Of a DNA stretch of 57,378 nucleotides, positions 38,884-47,775 are shown piece by piece. This DNA is from Elusimicrobiota bacterium (GTDB lineage: Bacteria; Elusimicrobiota; Elusimicrobia; UBA1565; UBA9628), in the NCBI GenBank assembly GCA_027319565.1, contig DAHVNA010000006.1, positions 1-57,378 on the forward strand, read 5' to 3'. The position numbers and the translations under genes are program-made. The stretch's first letter is position 1. Each line of letters starts with the position of its first letter. A model generated the notes under the pieces. It made no database searches. It saw only the letters and a program-made list of their open reading frames with translations, and was not told where the DNA came from.

Positions 38884-40354
38884 CGTGCCGCCCTTACGTT
38901 GGGCTGAGTTTATTTCGAGTGTTTATGGGAGCCGTTATTACCCGCCTTTAGATGGCTCATTTCGGACTCCTAAATATTTTAATCGTCTTGATTTTAAAGA
39001 TGTCAGAGAGAATTGGAACAAGAGTTTCAGCATGATGAAGAATGGGGATATCCCTTCGGAGATAGGGATGTATGTTCATTGGCCGTTTTGCCCGAGTCAA
39101 TGCACATTTTGTCGTTGCAATATGACAGTCCCTAAAAACAATCAATCCATGAAATCGACTTTAGAAGCACTTAAAAACGAAATGAGCATGTTCCAAGAGG
39201 TATTTAAGGACACGGAGTTCTCGAGCTTCTATATGGGAGGGGGCACTCCGACATTTATGACAAACGAGATGTTAGATGATTTCTTCTCCCATTTACATCG
39301 ATGTTTTAGGTTTGCAAAAGGAGCTCAGATATATATGGAAAGCTCTCCGGCGACCTTAACGGAATCAAAGATCCGGCTTCTTCTTAGGCATGGCCTTAAT
39401 CGCATAACAATTGGCGTTCAAACTTTCAATGATCATCTGCTTTCTAATTTGGATCGATTTGGGCAAACTCGAAGTTCTGTGCTCGAGCTATTTAATTTAC
39501 TTTCTCAATTCCCGAATTTAGTCTTGGACCTAGATTTGATGGTTGGTTTAGAGGAGCAAAATCCCGCTATTTTTTTTAGTGATTTACTACAAGTCATAAA
39601 GCTAAGGCCAAAGTGCCTTCATCTCTATCCATTTGACGATGCCCTTCCTACTATTTTTAGACAAACAGGGAAAAAAATTGATTCAAGGCAGCGCCGCACA
39701 ATCGACCAGATGACGCAAGCCGCCGACCGACTAATACACAAATCTGGGTATATGCGCTGGAGTGACGGGTGGGAGGATGTCAATTTGTATCCCTGGGAAA
39801 CTCGTCAGGAAACGGCTCTGCGCCGTTTTCGTGTTTCCATGCTGGGTATTGGGTATGGCGCTTTGTCACATTCCTTTGCTTCTTCTTGGTATTGTCATCC
39901 AGGGATTTCACCTGGAGGAGTCAAGAATGCTGATGTTCCTGATTTCTTGTCCATAGATTTCAACACTGAAGAAGAAATGAGGGGCTATTTAATTGAATCT
40001 CTCGCAAGAAGTGGAAAATCTTCCCGCCTGGTTTTTAAAAAGATATTTGGGCGCGATATTATGGATATGGATTTTCTTGAGGGCCCTATTTCACGACTTG
40101 TCGATGAAGGACTTCTGACAGTTGATTCTAAATTTCTTGCTTGGTTAGGCAGAGACATCATGCAGATGGTAATTCAATTAAAGCGCTTTTATAGCCCTAA
40201 AATAATTAAAACTATACTTCAATCCCATCTGGAGGGATTAAGGCGTTTTTCGAAGCAGATGATCGATGGCGATGATTTAAGAAAAACCGTAATGATGGAG
40301 CAAGAAGGTCGCAGAGTTCTTGCTTACTATGATTCTCGCGCCTGGAAAAATTGA
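38870..40354 (+). CDS. HemN-like (class C-type) radical SAM protein
   Basis: MYVHWPFCPSQCTFC, GGGTPT, ESSP and NRITIGVQT; close paralogue of 32426. Confidence 0.88.
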   Translation: MQLNNVPPLRWAEFISSVYGSRYYPPLDGSFRTPKYFNRLDFKDVRENWNKSFSMMKNGDIPSEIGMYVHWPFCPSQCTFCRCNMTVPKNNQSMKSTLEALKNEMSMFQEVFKDTEFSSFYMGGGTPTFMTNEMLDDFFSHLHRCFRFAKGAQIYMESSPATLTESKIRLLLRHGLNRITIGVQTFNDHLLSNLDRFGQTRSSVLELFNLLSQFPNLVLDLDLMVGLEEQNPAIFFSDLLQVIKLRPKCLHLYPFDDALPTIFRQTGKKIDSRQRRTIDQMTQAADRLIHKSGYMRWSDGWEDVNLYPWETRQETALRRFRVSMLGIGYGALSHSFASSWYCHPGISPGGVKNADVPDFLSIDFNTEEEMRGYLIESLARSGKSSRLVFKKIFGRDIMDMDFLEGPISRLVDEGLLTVDSKFLAWLGRDIMQMVIQLKRFYSPKIIKTILQSHLEGLRRFSKQMIDGDDLRKTVMMEQEGRRVLAYYDSRAWKN

Positions 40355-41493
40355 TTCATCTTACACTGATTTTTTTTATAATCATCGGGCTCCTTGCCTC
40401 GATTAGCGATATAAAAACTCGCAGAATCGGCAATTGGTTGATTTTTTCTTCCGGGTTTTTTATCGTTTGTGAATATGTTTTGGTGTTTTGGAAGGTCATT
40501 CCTTGGTCACAGCCGTATTCCAGGATGGAATTCTACCGGATGGCCTTATTGCATTTGGCGCTTTGTAGTTTGTCGGCCCTGGTGCTGTGGTATTACCGCA
40601 TTTGGCCGGCTGGCGACGCGAAATTTTTCGTCATAATGGCGTTGTTTTTGATCACTATTCGTCCCGATATCCCCGGTTTTCCTAATTGGCTGTTTTTTAA
40701 ACTTTTGACAAATATATTCATTCCGGCCTCCATCTTTATCATAGCGATCCATGTCGCGGAGTGGATGTCCTCTATCAAAGGAGTCATTCCTCGCCTCACG
40801 TTACATTCGGTTTATGCTGGAGGATCGCATATTCTCCGTCAAAAAATAGAAGAATTCCAATGGTCTAATATTCAATATGGGGTTTTCCTGGCGTGGAATG
40901 TTATTGCATTCGTAGTTCTTTCTCAATATATTTTTGTGTTGGCTCCGACTAATTTTCAAGGTCTTTTGCGGCTGGTATTTTATTTCCTTTTGTTTATGGC
41001 CTGGAGCAAAGCTCCTCAGTTTTTAAAGCAATCATTTTTATCTATTGGGATGCTGTTATTGATCGTGGTACTAGGTAAAATATTCCATCAAAATATCCTG
41101 AGTTCTATTGGAATTGCGGCGGCATCCTCCCTCGTATTTTTCATTCTGTTCTCATTAATACGTTTTGCCTTGAATTTATTGGATTTAGGCCAAATCGTTT
41201 CTTGCCCTATTGGGCAGTTGAAACAAGGGGATGTGTTGAGTCTCGATTCATGGAAATATGTGGTTCAGGCTTGCAAAGAGGTGGACCCTGGATTTCTGTC
41301 AACTCGTTACGCGGATGGCCTTTCGAGTGAAGAGGTTCGGTTTATTCAGAAATGTTGTCCATTGGAATTAGACAAAGTCTTGCAAGTTTTTCAGACTCGC
41401 CCCTTTGCTTTTTGGATTTTTTTGGGTACAGTTTTGACTCTCTGCACTCGCGGCACGGTATTGCGCCACATCTTATCCATTATGGGACGCTAA
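40351..41493 (+). CDS. A24 prepilin-peptidase-like intramembrane aspartyl protease
   Basis: First Asp in SDIKTRRIGN, GxGD-type site WPAGDAK, multiple TM helices and C-terminal PFAFWIFLG. Confidence 0.75.
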   Translation: MIHLTLIFFIIIGLLASISDIKTRRIGNWLIFSSGFFIVCEYVLVFWKVIPWSQPYSRMEFYRMALLHLALCSLSALVLWYYRIWPAGDAKFFVIMALFLITIRPDIPGFPNWLFFKLLTNIFIPASIFIIAIHVAEWMSSIKGVIPRLTLHSVYAGGSHILRQKIEEFQWSNIQYGVFLAWNVIAFVVLSQYIFVLAPTNFQGLLRLVFYFLLFMAWSKAPQFLKQSFLSIGMLLLIVVLGKIFHQNILSSIGIAAASSLVFFILFSLIRFALNLLDLGQIVSCPIGQLKQGDVLSLDSWKYVVQACKEVDPGFLSTRYADGLSSEEVRFIQKCCPLELDKVLQVFQTRPFAFWIFLGTVLTLCTRGTVLRHILSIMGR

Positions 41494-41504
41494 ACGCAGG
41501 TTTT

Positions 41505-42452
41505 TCATCGGTTGCAAAGTGATTTTAGTGCTTTGCTTTGGGATATTGATTGCTGTAGGTGAAGGGGCTTTATATAAGGCAGGGCTCTTTTGCAAATACC
41601 ACGGGCTTCTTTGTCTTTTCCGAAGCTGCGGTTGATTGAAATGAGTGAAATGGCCGCCTCCGTTGCCTGTGGATCAATGGATAATACCCTTTTAAAATCA
41701 CGAACTGCTTGATCTGAATATCCGGAGAGATACTCACAAACACCGAGATCGTTAAGGTAAGTGGTGTTTTTAGGATTTTCTTTTACGATTAATTGAAAAA
41801 GGGGAAGAGCTCTTGTATAGCGTCCGAGATTTTGTTCAACTAGCGCAAGAGAATGCTTCGCTTCTAAGGCATGGGGGAATTGTGCAATGGCGGACTTCAA
41901 AATGGAAATCGCAACCTTGGGATGATGTTGTGTTAATGTAATTCTAGCCAATTGATAGCGTGCAAATAGGAGGTTCGGGTTTTCTCTGATTAGTTCTTTG
42001 TAAATCTCTGCCGCCAGTGGTAGATTATCATTATTTATGCATTGAGAAGCAAGATCAACTCTCGGGTCCGCTTGCCAGAAAAAACGGCGGTGAAACTGCT
42101 TAAAGATATCAAGAGCTTGTCGCGAGTTTCCGATATCTTCTTCGAGTTCCCCAAATCTCTTAAGCAAGTCTGCATTATTGGGATCACTCTTGACCGCTTT
42201 CTCTAGAAGCGTAATGGCTTGGCCAAAGTGCTTCTTTCTAGTGAGTTGATTTATGAGCTTGAGATTATTTGGGTTGCGCATTTGTCGATTTGGTTGGGTA
42301 TCAATGGAAGAGTAGCTTTCGGAACTGTTATTTTTATAAGAGATGGGAGGTGTCTGCGGAAAAATTTTTATTTTTTGGTAGCTAATAGCGATTCCAGTAA
42401 TCGTAAGAAATCCCAAAAAAATAAAAACTTTAATGCGATATCTTGATTGCAT
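41505..42452 (-). CDS. Membrane-anchored TPR protein
   Basis: From ATG 42452: one TM helix, then repeated TPR helices (A...NP..., LG..Y). Confidence 0.75.
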   Translation of the reverse strand: MQSRYRIKVFIFLGFLTITGIAISYQKIKIFPQTPPISYKNNSSESYSSIDTQPNRQMRNPNNLKLINQLTRKKHFGQAITLLEKAVKSDPNNADLLKRFGELEEDIGNSRQALDIFKQFHRRFFWQADPRVDLASQCINNDNLPLAAEIYKELIRENPNLLFARYQLARITLTQHHPKVAISILKSAIAQFPHALEAKHSLALVEQNLGRYTRALPLFQLIVKENPKNTTYLNDLGVCEYLSGYSDQAVRDFKRVLSIDPQATEAAISLISINRSFGKDKEARGICKRALPYIKPLHLQQSISQSKALKSLCNR

Positions 42453-43305
42453 GAGTTGTCCAGATATAAATGCGTTCCGTTTGGGGATCATCCTGGGGCA
42501 AAAAGACCGCACGCAGCGCGCAGAGAATGAAGAGCGCGTAAAGCGGAGAATTGATGACTTGAAAATAGCGAAGGACTCCATCAATCATGCCTAAGCTAAT
42601 CCCAAAGAGAATGCGGGCAAATGAAGAGCTTGGGGTGGTCATGGGATCTGTGATCATAAAAAAGGTAACCAACATAAAAGCCGCCCCGGTAGCGGGAGCA
42701 AGCGTCGTGATCAACGGCCAACCAGAGATAAGGCTTCTTAAAACCGCTATGATCAAAAACGTCCCAAGCCAACTTAAGCAAAGAGTCAATCTTTTGACGC
42801 GGGTAGCGATCAAAAATCCCAAAATCGCGACACCCGCCATCGCCCAAATACTTCCGCCCCAACGTCCTGGGACGACATCCATAAAATGTCCCAGCAAAAG
42901 AAGCCCTGTTACTATTCCGAAATTACTGGGATTGAAAATAGGCCTCGCCTTATCGGGAGTTCTCAAAAAATGTTTCGAAAAAATTGATATCGCGCTGACG
43001 GCCGCATAAGGCCAAACGAACGGGGAATCACAAAGAAGAACGCAACTGAGAGAAGTTAAGAGTCCGCTGAGGGGAAGTATAATAACGTCTCGCAAAAAGT
43101 ACTGGAGCGTGAAATCAAGCGAGATTGCAGTCGCGACCGCGGCAATCCATTGACTCGGCAAACGATGAAAACCGGGAGAGATTAGGGCATAGAGATTAAA
43201 GCAGAGGCTAAAGGCCAAAAATGGCCATCTAGGGTCTCTGGATTTTGGGATTTGTATAGTCTTATTTTTAAGCACGGGGTTCTTGGATGAGATGATAGCG
43301 ATCAA
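42430..43305 (-). CDS. UnbU/RnfD-NqrB-like integral membrane protein
   Basis: RDPR, SKH, IFNPSNFG and FFMITDPMTTP motifs; downstream of the UnbV-like gene. Confidence 0.8.
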   Translation of the reverse strand: MIAIISSKNPVLKNKTIQIPKSRDPRWPFLAFSLCFNLYALISPGFHRLPSQWIAAVATAISLDFTLQYFLRDVIILPLSGLLTSLSCVLLCDSPFVWPYAAVSAISIFSKHFLRTPDKARPIFNPSNFGIVTGLLLLGHFMDVVPGRWGGSIWAMAGVAILGFLIATRVKRLTLCLSWLGTFLIIAVLRSLISGWPLITTLAPATGAAFMLVTFFMITDPMTTPSSSFARILFGISLGMIDGVLRYFQVINSPLYALFILCALRAVFLPQDDPQTERIYIWTTHAIKISH

Positions 43306-45037
43306 TTTTAAATTGTTTTAGAGCTTGTCCTTTAAATATCTGTTTGATTCCGCTGGGCCAAAGAACCTCGATTTTTTGGATGTCAGGGTTTTTCCCAAGC
43401 CCAAAATGAAGCCTCGGGTCCGATTCCGACATAAAGCCGTTGGCGGGCTCAAGCTCGCGGCTCATGGTCTTTGACCCGTTTTTGACTCGTATGATGGTTT
43501 CAAATCCATCACGGTTGCTTTTAGTTCCCACCAGCGTAAAACCGATCCAGTGATTTAAATTTTTCGTCTCATTGAGGTAGAAATGAAGCGGCTGCCCGAC
43601 ATTGGCGATTAAAAAGCCAATGCGACCGTTGTTCATAGCGTCGATGGCGGCAACGCCGCGGCCATCGGAAAAATCGCGGCCCAATCCGACTAAATCCGTT
43701 ACGTCTTCAAAGGATGTTCCAAGATTGCGGAAGACGCACTTTTGCTGGTAGCCGTCAAGAGATGTGTTCCCCTCGGCCGGCCATCGGGATGCGTTGGCGG
43801 AGAGTTCCCCCATCCCTTGTCCTAAAATTCCAGCCTGATAACGATAATCCTTGGGCCCCGCCGATATAAACCCATTGGCGACGACGAGATCAAGAAGCCC
43901 GTCATTATCGAGATCGATAAATTTTTGCCCCCAGGACCAGCCGCAATGGGCGATTCTTCTGGCGCGGGCGATGTCTTTAGCGCGCTGTGGACTCAGAAAT
44001 TTCCATAGGGAGTTTCCGTAAACGGAGGTGGCGGAATTGGGCTCGTAAATTTCGGAGACAGATAAAACGGGGAAGCCGTCGTTGTCTAAATCGGAGGCCT
44101 CCGCGCTCATGGAACCACTGTAGGCTTCGTTGACCATTTCTGAGCGATCTCGAAATCGGCCTTGACCTAGGTTTTGATAGAGTTGGCTTGGGCCAAAATC
44201 GGTTGCAAAGAAAAGATCGGGATAAGCGCTCCCAAGAAGATGGTAAACTCCAATGGCCCAGGACCAGCCGCGGCTTGTGATTCCTAAATTTCCATTGACA
44301 GGGGAAAATGTTCCGTTTTTATTGTTATGGAAGACGACGATTGGCCCGCCGTTGTCGGCGTAGGTCCCGTTCCACATGAACTTGCTTGTTTGTGGATTGA
44401 GCAGGTTAACTGGTTTATAGTAGTCGGCGACGATGACGTCGAGGTATCCATCATTGTCATAATCGATGACATTCATCGCGTAGGTGTTTCCGCAATGATG
44501 CAGCCCGGATTTTTTGGTGACGTCGGTGAAAGTCCCATCGCGATTGTTGTGAAACAATTTGAGGCAGGGGTAGGCAGACAAAAGAAGATCGTCATAGCCG
44601 TCATTGTCATAGTCGAAAAACAAAGCGTCAAAAGAGCCGCCGCCGCGGTTGACATCCGCAATTCCCGCCTGTTTGGCGACATCGGTAAATGTGCCATCAT
44701 GATTATTCCGAAAGAGTTTATTCATGGAACCCTTGGCGGCGTTGGTGACATAGACGTCCATCCAGCCGTCCCGATTATAATCAGTTACGGCTACCGAGGC
44801 CCCGGCCAAGGCCGCCAGCATTGGGGCGATATTAGCCAGTTTTGGACTCACCTTAAATTTTTGATGCACATTAATGAGACCTGATTTTTTTGAAGATTCA
44901 ACAAGTAGAAATGGCGCAGATACCGGATGAACGTAAATAGACATCCACAGATTTTCAAAAAATCTCGAGCGAATAAAAAAACCTAATCCAAAGAGAATGG
45001 ACGCGACAATCACGCCCAGAAATCGACGAGGATTCAT
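43268..45037 (-). CDS. CRTAC1/ASPIC-UnbV family protein with FG-GAP/VCBS repeats
   Basis: Repeated DYxNDGxxD and NxDGTFTDV motifs; C-terminal SNRDG...LHFGLG...WPSG. Confidence 0.9.
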   Translation of the reverse strand: MNPRRFLGVIVASILFGLGFFIRSRFFENLWMSIYVHPVSAPFLLVESSKKSGLINVHQKFKVSPKLANIAPMLAALAGASVAVTDYNRDGWMDVYVTNAAKGSMNKLFRNNHDGTFTDVAKQAGIADVNRGGGSFDALFFDYDNDGYDDLLLSAYPCLKLFHNNRDGTFTDVTKKSGLHHCGNTYAMNVIDYDNDGYLDVIVADYYKPVNLLNPQTSKFMWNGTYADNGGPIVVFHNNKNGTFSPVNGNLGITSRGWSWAIGVYHLLGSAYPDLFFATDFGPSQLYQNLGQGRFRDRSEMVNEAYSGSMSAEASDLDNDGFPVLSVSEIYEPNSATSVYGNSLWKFLSPQRAKDIARARRIAHCGWSWGQKFIDLDNDGLLDLVVANGFISAGPKDYRYQAGILGQGMGELSANASRWPAEGNTSLDGYQQKCVFRNLGTSFEDVTDLVGLGRDFSDGRGVAAIDAMNNGRIGFLIANVGQPLHFYLNETKNLNHWIGFTLVGTKSNRDGFETIIRVKNGSKTMSRELEPANGFMSESDPRLHFGLGKNPDIQKIEVLWPSGIKQIFKGQALKQFKIDRYHLIQEPRA

Positions 45038-45070
45038 CTCTTAGTTATAGCAAAATGCCAAGAAATTGGG

Positions 45071-47032
45071 TCAGAGGGGCGCCAAAGATACCCTCTTTTG
45101 AGATTCAGACATATCGATAATGGGGAAATGAATATTCTTAAGTGAAGAGCTTTCAGACAGCGCTTTTAAACTTGAAGATGATGAGAGAAGAAAGCGCATA
45201 AACACCGGATTAAACTTTCGATATCGTAATACGGCTTTAATAGTCAAAGGCCCGCGGCAAAAAGAAGGAATGAATGTCTTATAGAAGACATCTTGAGAAG
45301 CGCCGACAAAAATCGAGCGTTTTTCTTTCATGGCGACCATGTCCCACAAATTGTGACGAGTGATTGTTTCTTTCCCGTGGCGGTCGATGCCAATTCCTCG
45401 GAGGATAAACGAGCGCCGACGGGTTGAGTCTTTCTCTAAGTTTTCTCCAGACTGATAAATAACTTTACCCGTTCTATCCCTAACAGTGACTACGAGCCAT
45501 GCCTCGATTAAATCGAGAGGGCCTGTCGGGAAACTGTGTCCAACCTTGTTGTTGGTGATGACGACGCGCCACTTAAGCGTATTCTTGGGAGAAACAGAAG
45601 GGGGCGCCTTGATTTCAATTTTTACCGCCGGGCCCTGGGCCCAACGAGATTGTATCTCGGGGACTGAGGCCTCGCCTTTAAGCCATTCTTCTGTCATTTC
45701 CTGTTGTTTTTCATCGTGGCGCAGCCAAGGAATAACGGCATTTGCCGCTATAAAGCGGTGTGAATGAATCATGCCTTTCGCGTTTCTGGCCGGATCTTGA
45801 GAAGGAACAAGGCGCATATGGCAATCAAGGCAATTGAGCGTCTTTTTTGGCTGGTTAATGTGGTGGTAATGCCCCTTGAGCCAGTCATCATATTGGTCTT
45901 GGAGTTGGACGAATCCATAATTGTTGACTGCTTTCGGGATATATTGTTTGTGACAACTGGAGCAGAGTTTGGGATCTTTTTCCAAGGGACCTGCGTAATC
46001 ATGCTGATGAGCTTGCGGATAGGCGCGGATTAAAAAGGAGTTGATTCCTTGAGCGGCGCGGCCAGGAGAATACGCAAATAAATAATCATGCGCTGGAGAG
46101 AATATGTAATTTCCGTTTCCCTCGGTCCCGTCGTGCAGATGATGGATTCCGTGACAAAACGCGCAAGAGGAGCCTTCTTTCGAATCGGATTTTCCCAAAA
46201 TCATCCCGCGGGTATATTTTCCAGAAAGTAAATCCGCCGGCGCGTGGCAACCGGCGCAATAACGATTCGTCGACCAAGAACCTTTCTCTTTGGCAAGCAG
46301 ATTCGAGACAGCTTTATAAGCGATGTCAGAACTCGACCAGTGATGGGCGCTGGATTTCCATTCTCTGTAAATTTGGGGATGGCAGGTCTTGCATGATTTC
46401 GAATTTTCCAATCGCCGCGGGTCCATGACGGTATTGGATACGGTTGTGGCATTAGAAGGAGCGAAGGGATTAGGGCCATATTTTAAATCGTAACCTGGGG
46501 GCAAAGCGTCATGATAGACTGGTCCTGAGAGGCTGCTGGCCAACAACAGAGTCAGCCAAACAGGTATCCCTGCGGCCAGGGCGGCCCAAATCCAGGGGCG
46601 AGCGCCTTGCCGGCTTTCTCTCTCTAACGCTTTTCCTTTGGCGCGGTTGCGGATCTTGAAATAGACGATGTGGGCTAAAACTAAAACGATGGCGAGATAA
46701 CTACCCCATTTATGTCCAAATCTCATTATTGGGGAAACGCGACTGAAAAAAACGGCTTGAACCGTGGCGAGCAGTCCGGTGATCAATGAAATTACAGTCA
46801 ACAGTAATGTTGCTTCCCCGATATGAATTGAATTTTTTTCTGGAGAATTTCTATTGGACTGGATGTGTTTCAATAAGTAAATGCACAAGGGCCCCAGAAA
46901 GATAAACCCAACGACAACGTGAAGTAATAACCCTATTTCGACGCTAATGTAAAGCCCTCGGGCAAAGCTAACGGCAAGCCCGCTAGCTGATTCGAAGAGT
47001 CCAAGCCCGAAGGCGAGAGCCGCAAATGGCAC
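45071..47032 (-). CDS. Membrane-anchored multiheme c-type cytochrome (five CxxCH)
   Basis: CKTCH, CAGCH, CAFCH, CSSCH and CLDCH; N-terminal His-containing TM helices; GHSFPTG. Start uncertain. Confidence 0.88.
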   Translation of the reverse strand: MPFAALAFGLGLFESASGLAVSFARGLYISVEIGLLLHVVVGFIFLGPLCIYLLKHIQSNRNSPEKNSIHIGEATLLLTVISLITGLLATVQAVFFSRVSPIMRFGHKWGSYLAIVLVLAHIVYFKIRNRAKGKALERESRQGARPWIWAALAAGIPVWLTLLLASSLSGPVYHDALPPGYDLKYGPNPFAPSNATTVSNTVMDPRRLENSKSCKTCHPQIYREWKSSAHHWSSSDIAYKAVSNLLAKEKGSWSTNRYCAGCHAPADLLSGKYTRGMILGKSDSKEGSSCAFCHGIHHLHDGTEGNGNYIFSPAHDYLFAYSPGRAAQGINSFLIRAYPQAHQHDYAGPLEKDPKLCSSCHKQYIPKAVNNYGFVQLQDQYDDWLKGHYHHINQPKKTLNCLDCHMRLVPSQDPARNAKGMIHSHRFIAANAVIPWLRHDEKQQEMTEEWLKGEASVPEIQSRWAQGPAVKIEIKAPPSVSPKNTLKWRVVITNNKVGHSFPTGPLDLIEAWLVVTVRDRTGKVIYQSGENLEKDSTRRRSFILRGIGIDRHGKETITRHNLWDMVAMKEKRSIFVGASQDVFYKTFIPSFCRGPLTIKAVLRYRKFNPVFMRFLLSSSSSLKALSESSSLKNIHFPIIDMSESQKRVSLAPL

Positions 47033-47065
47033 GAGGGTATGGTATCACTCGCAATTTTTTCCCGC

Positions 47066-47081
47066 TATGACTTAAGTCATA
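47066..47081. promoter_or_regulatory. Perfect 16-bp palindrome, candidate operator
   Basis: TATGACTTAAGTCATA in the divergent intergenic region. Confidence 0.5.
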
Positions 47082-47162
47082 AAAATTTAAAACAGTCGCC
47101 ATTTTTAATTTCCGGTATTCTTGACGGTTTGGGATGTTAATTTTTAAAATAAAAGAAAAGCT

Positions 47163-47699
47163 ATGCCTCATATCTGCTTGCCAAGTCGACTGCCTGGAAT
47201 TCGCAGTTTATTTGCCTTTAGCCCTTCGTCGGCCGGACCGTTGTTGGCTTTGGCCCAGACGCTTTTAAGAGGCGATTCTACATTGAGCGCGGGTGAGCGC
47301 GAATTAATCGCGGCTTACGTCTCAAGAAAAAACGGCTGTTTTTTTTGCAGTATGTCTCATGGGGCTGCTGCCCAACACCTGTTTCCCGGAGGACGACGAG
47401 TTGTTTCTGCCGCTTTAAAAAATCCGGCACGCGCCCCTGTTTCCACTAAGCTTAAGACTTTATTGGCTATTGCATCCAAGGTCCAGAAGGGCGGTAAGCA
47501 CGTGTTAAAATCCGATGTGACCAAGGCTCGTATGGCTGGGGCGTCGGAAAAAGAAATTCATGATGTGGTGTTGATTTCGGCCGCTTTCTGCATGTACAAC
47601 CGTTATGTTGATGGTCTCGATTCTTGGGCGCCAAAACGTAAAGCGGCGTATGATGAAATGGGAAAATTTTTAGCCGATCGCGGCTATGCGGGCCGATAA
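47163..47699 (+). CDS. AhpD/carboxymuconolactone decarboxylase family peroxidase-related protein
   Basis: ERELIAAYVS..NGCFFC..SH motif and FCMYNRYVDG. Confidence 0.88.
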   Translation: MPHICLPSRLPGIRSLFAFSPSSAGPLLALAQTLLRGDSTLSAGERELIAAYVSRKNGCFFCSMSHGAAAQHLFPGGRRVVSAALKNPARAPVSTKLKTLLAIASKVQKGGKHVLKSDVTKARMAGASEKEIHDVVLISAAFCMYNRYVDGLDSWAPKRKAAYDEMGKFLADRGYAGR

Positions 47700-47775
47700 A
47701 ACTCCGCGAGCGTTAATATCCTTCCCCTGGATATTGCGCACCAACATCAAATACAGCGTCTTTCCTAATCCCCCC

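Noticed and set aside
42430..45037. Enediyne biosynthetic cluster
   Set aside because: UnbU/UnbV-like genes are present, but there is no enediyne PKS or thioesterase in the window.
46983..47171. Possible frameshifted 5' extension of the multiheme cytochrome
   Set aside because: An upstream ORF in another frame overlaps the GTG start, but it has no recognisable motif or clear slippery site; this cannot be resolved without homologues.
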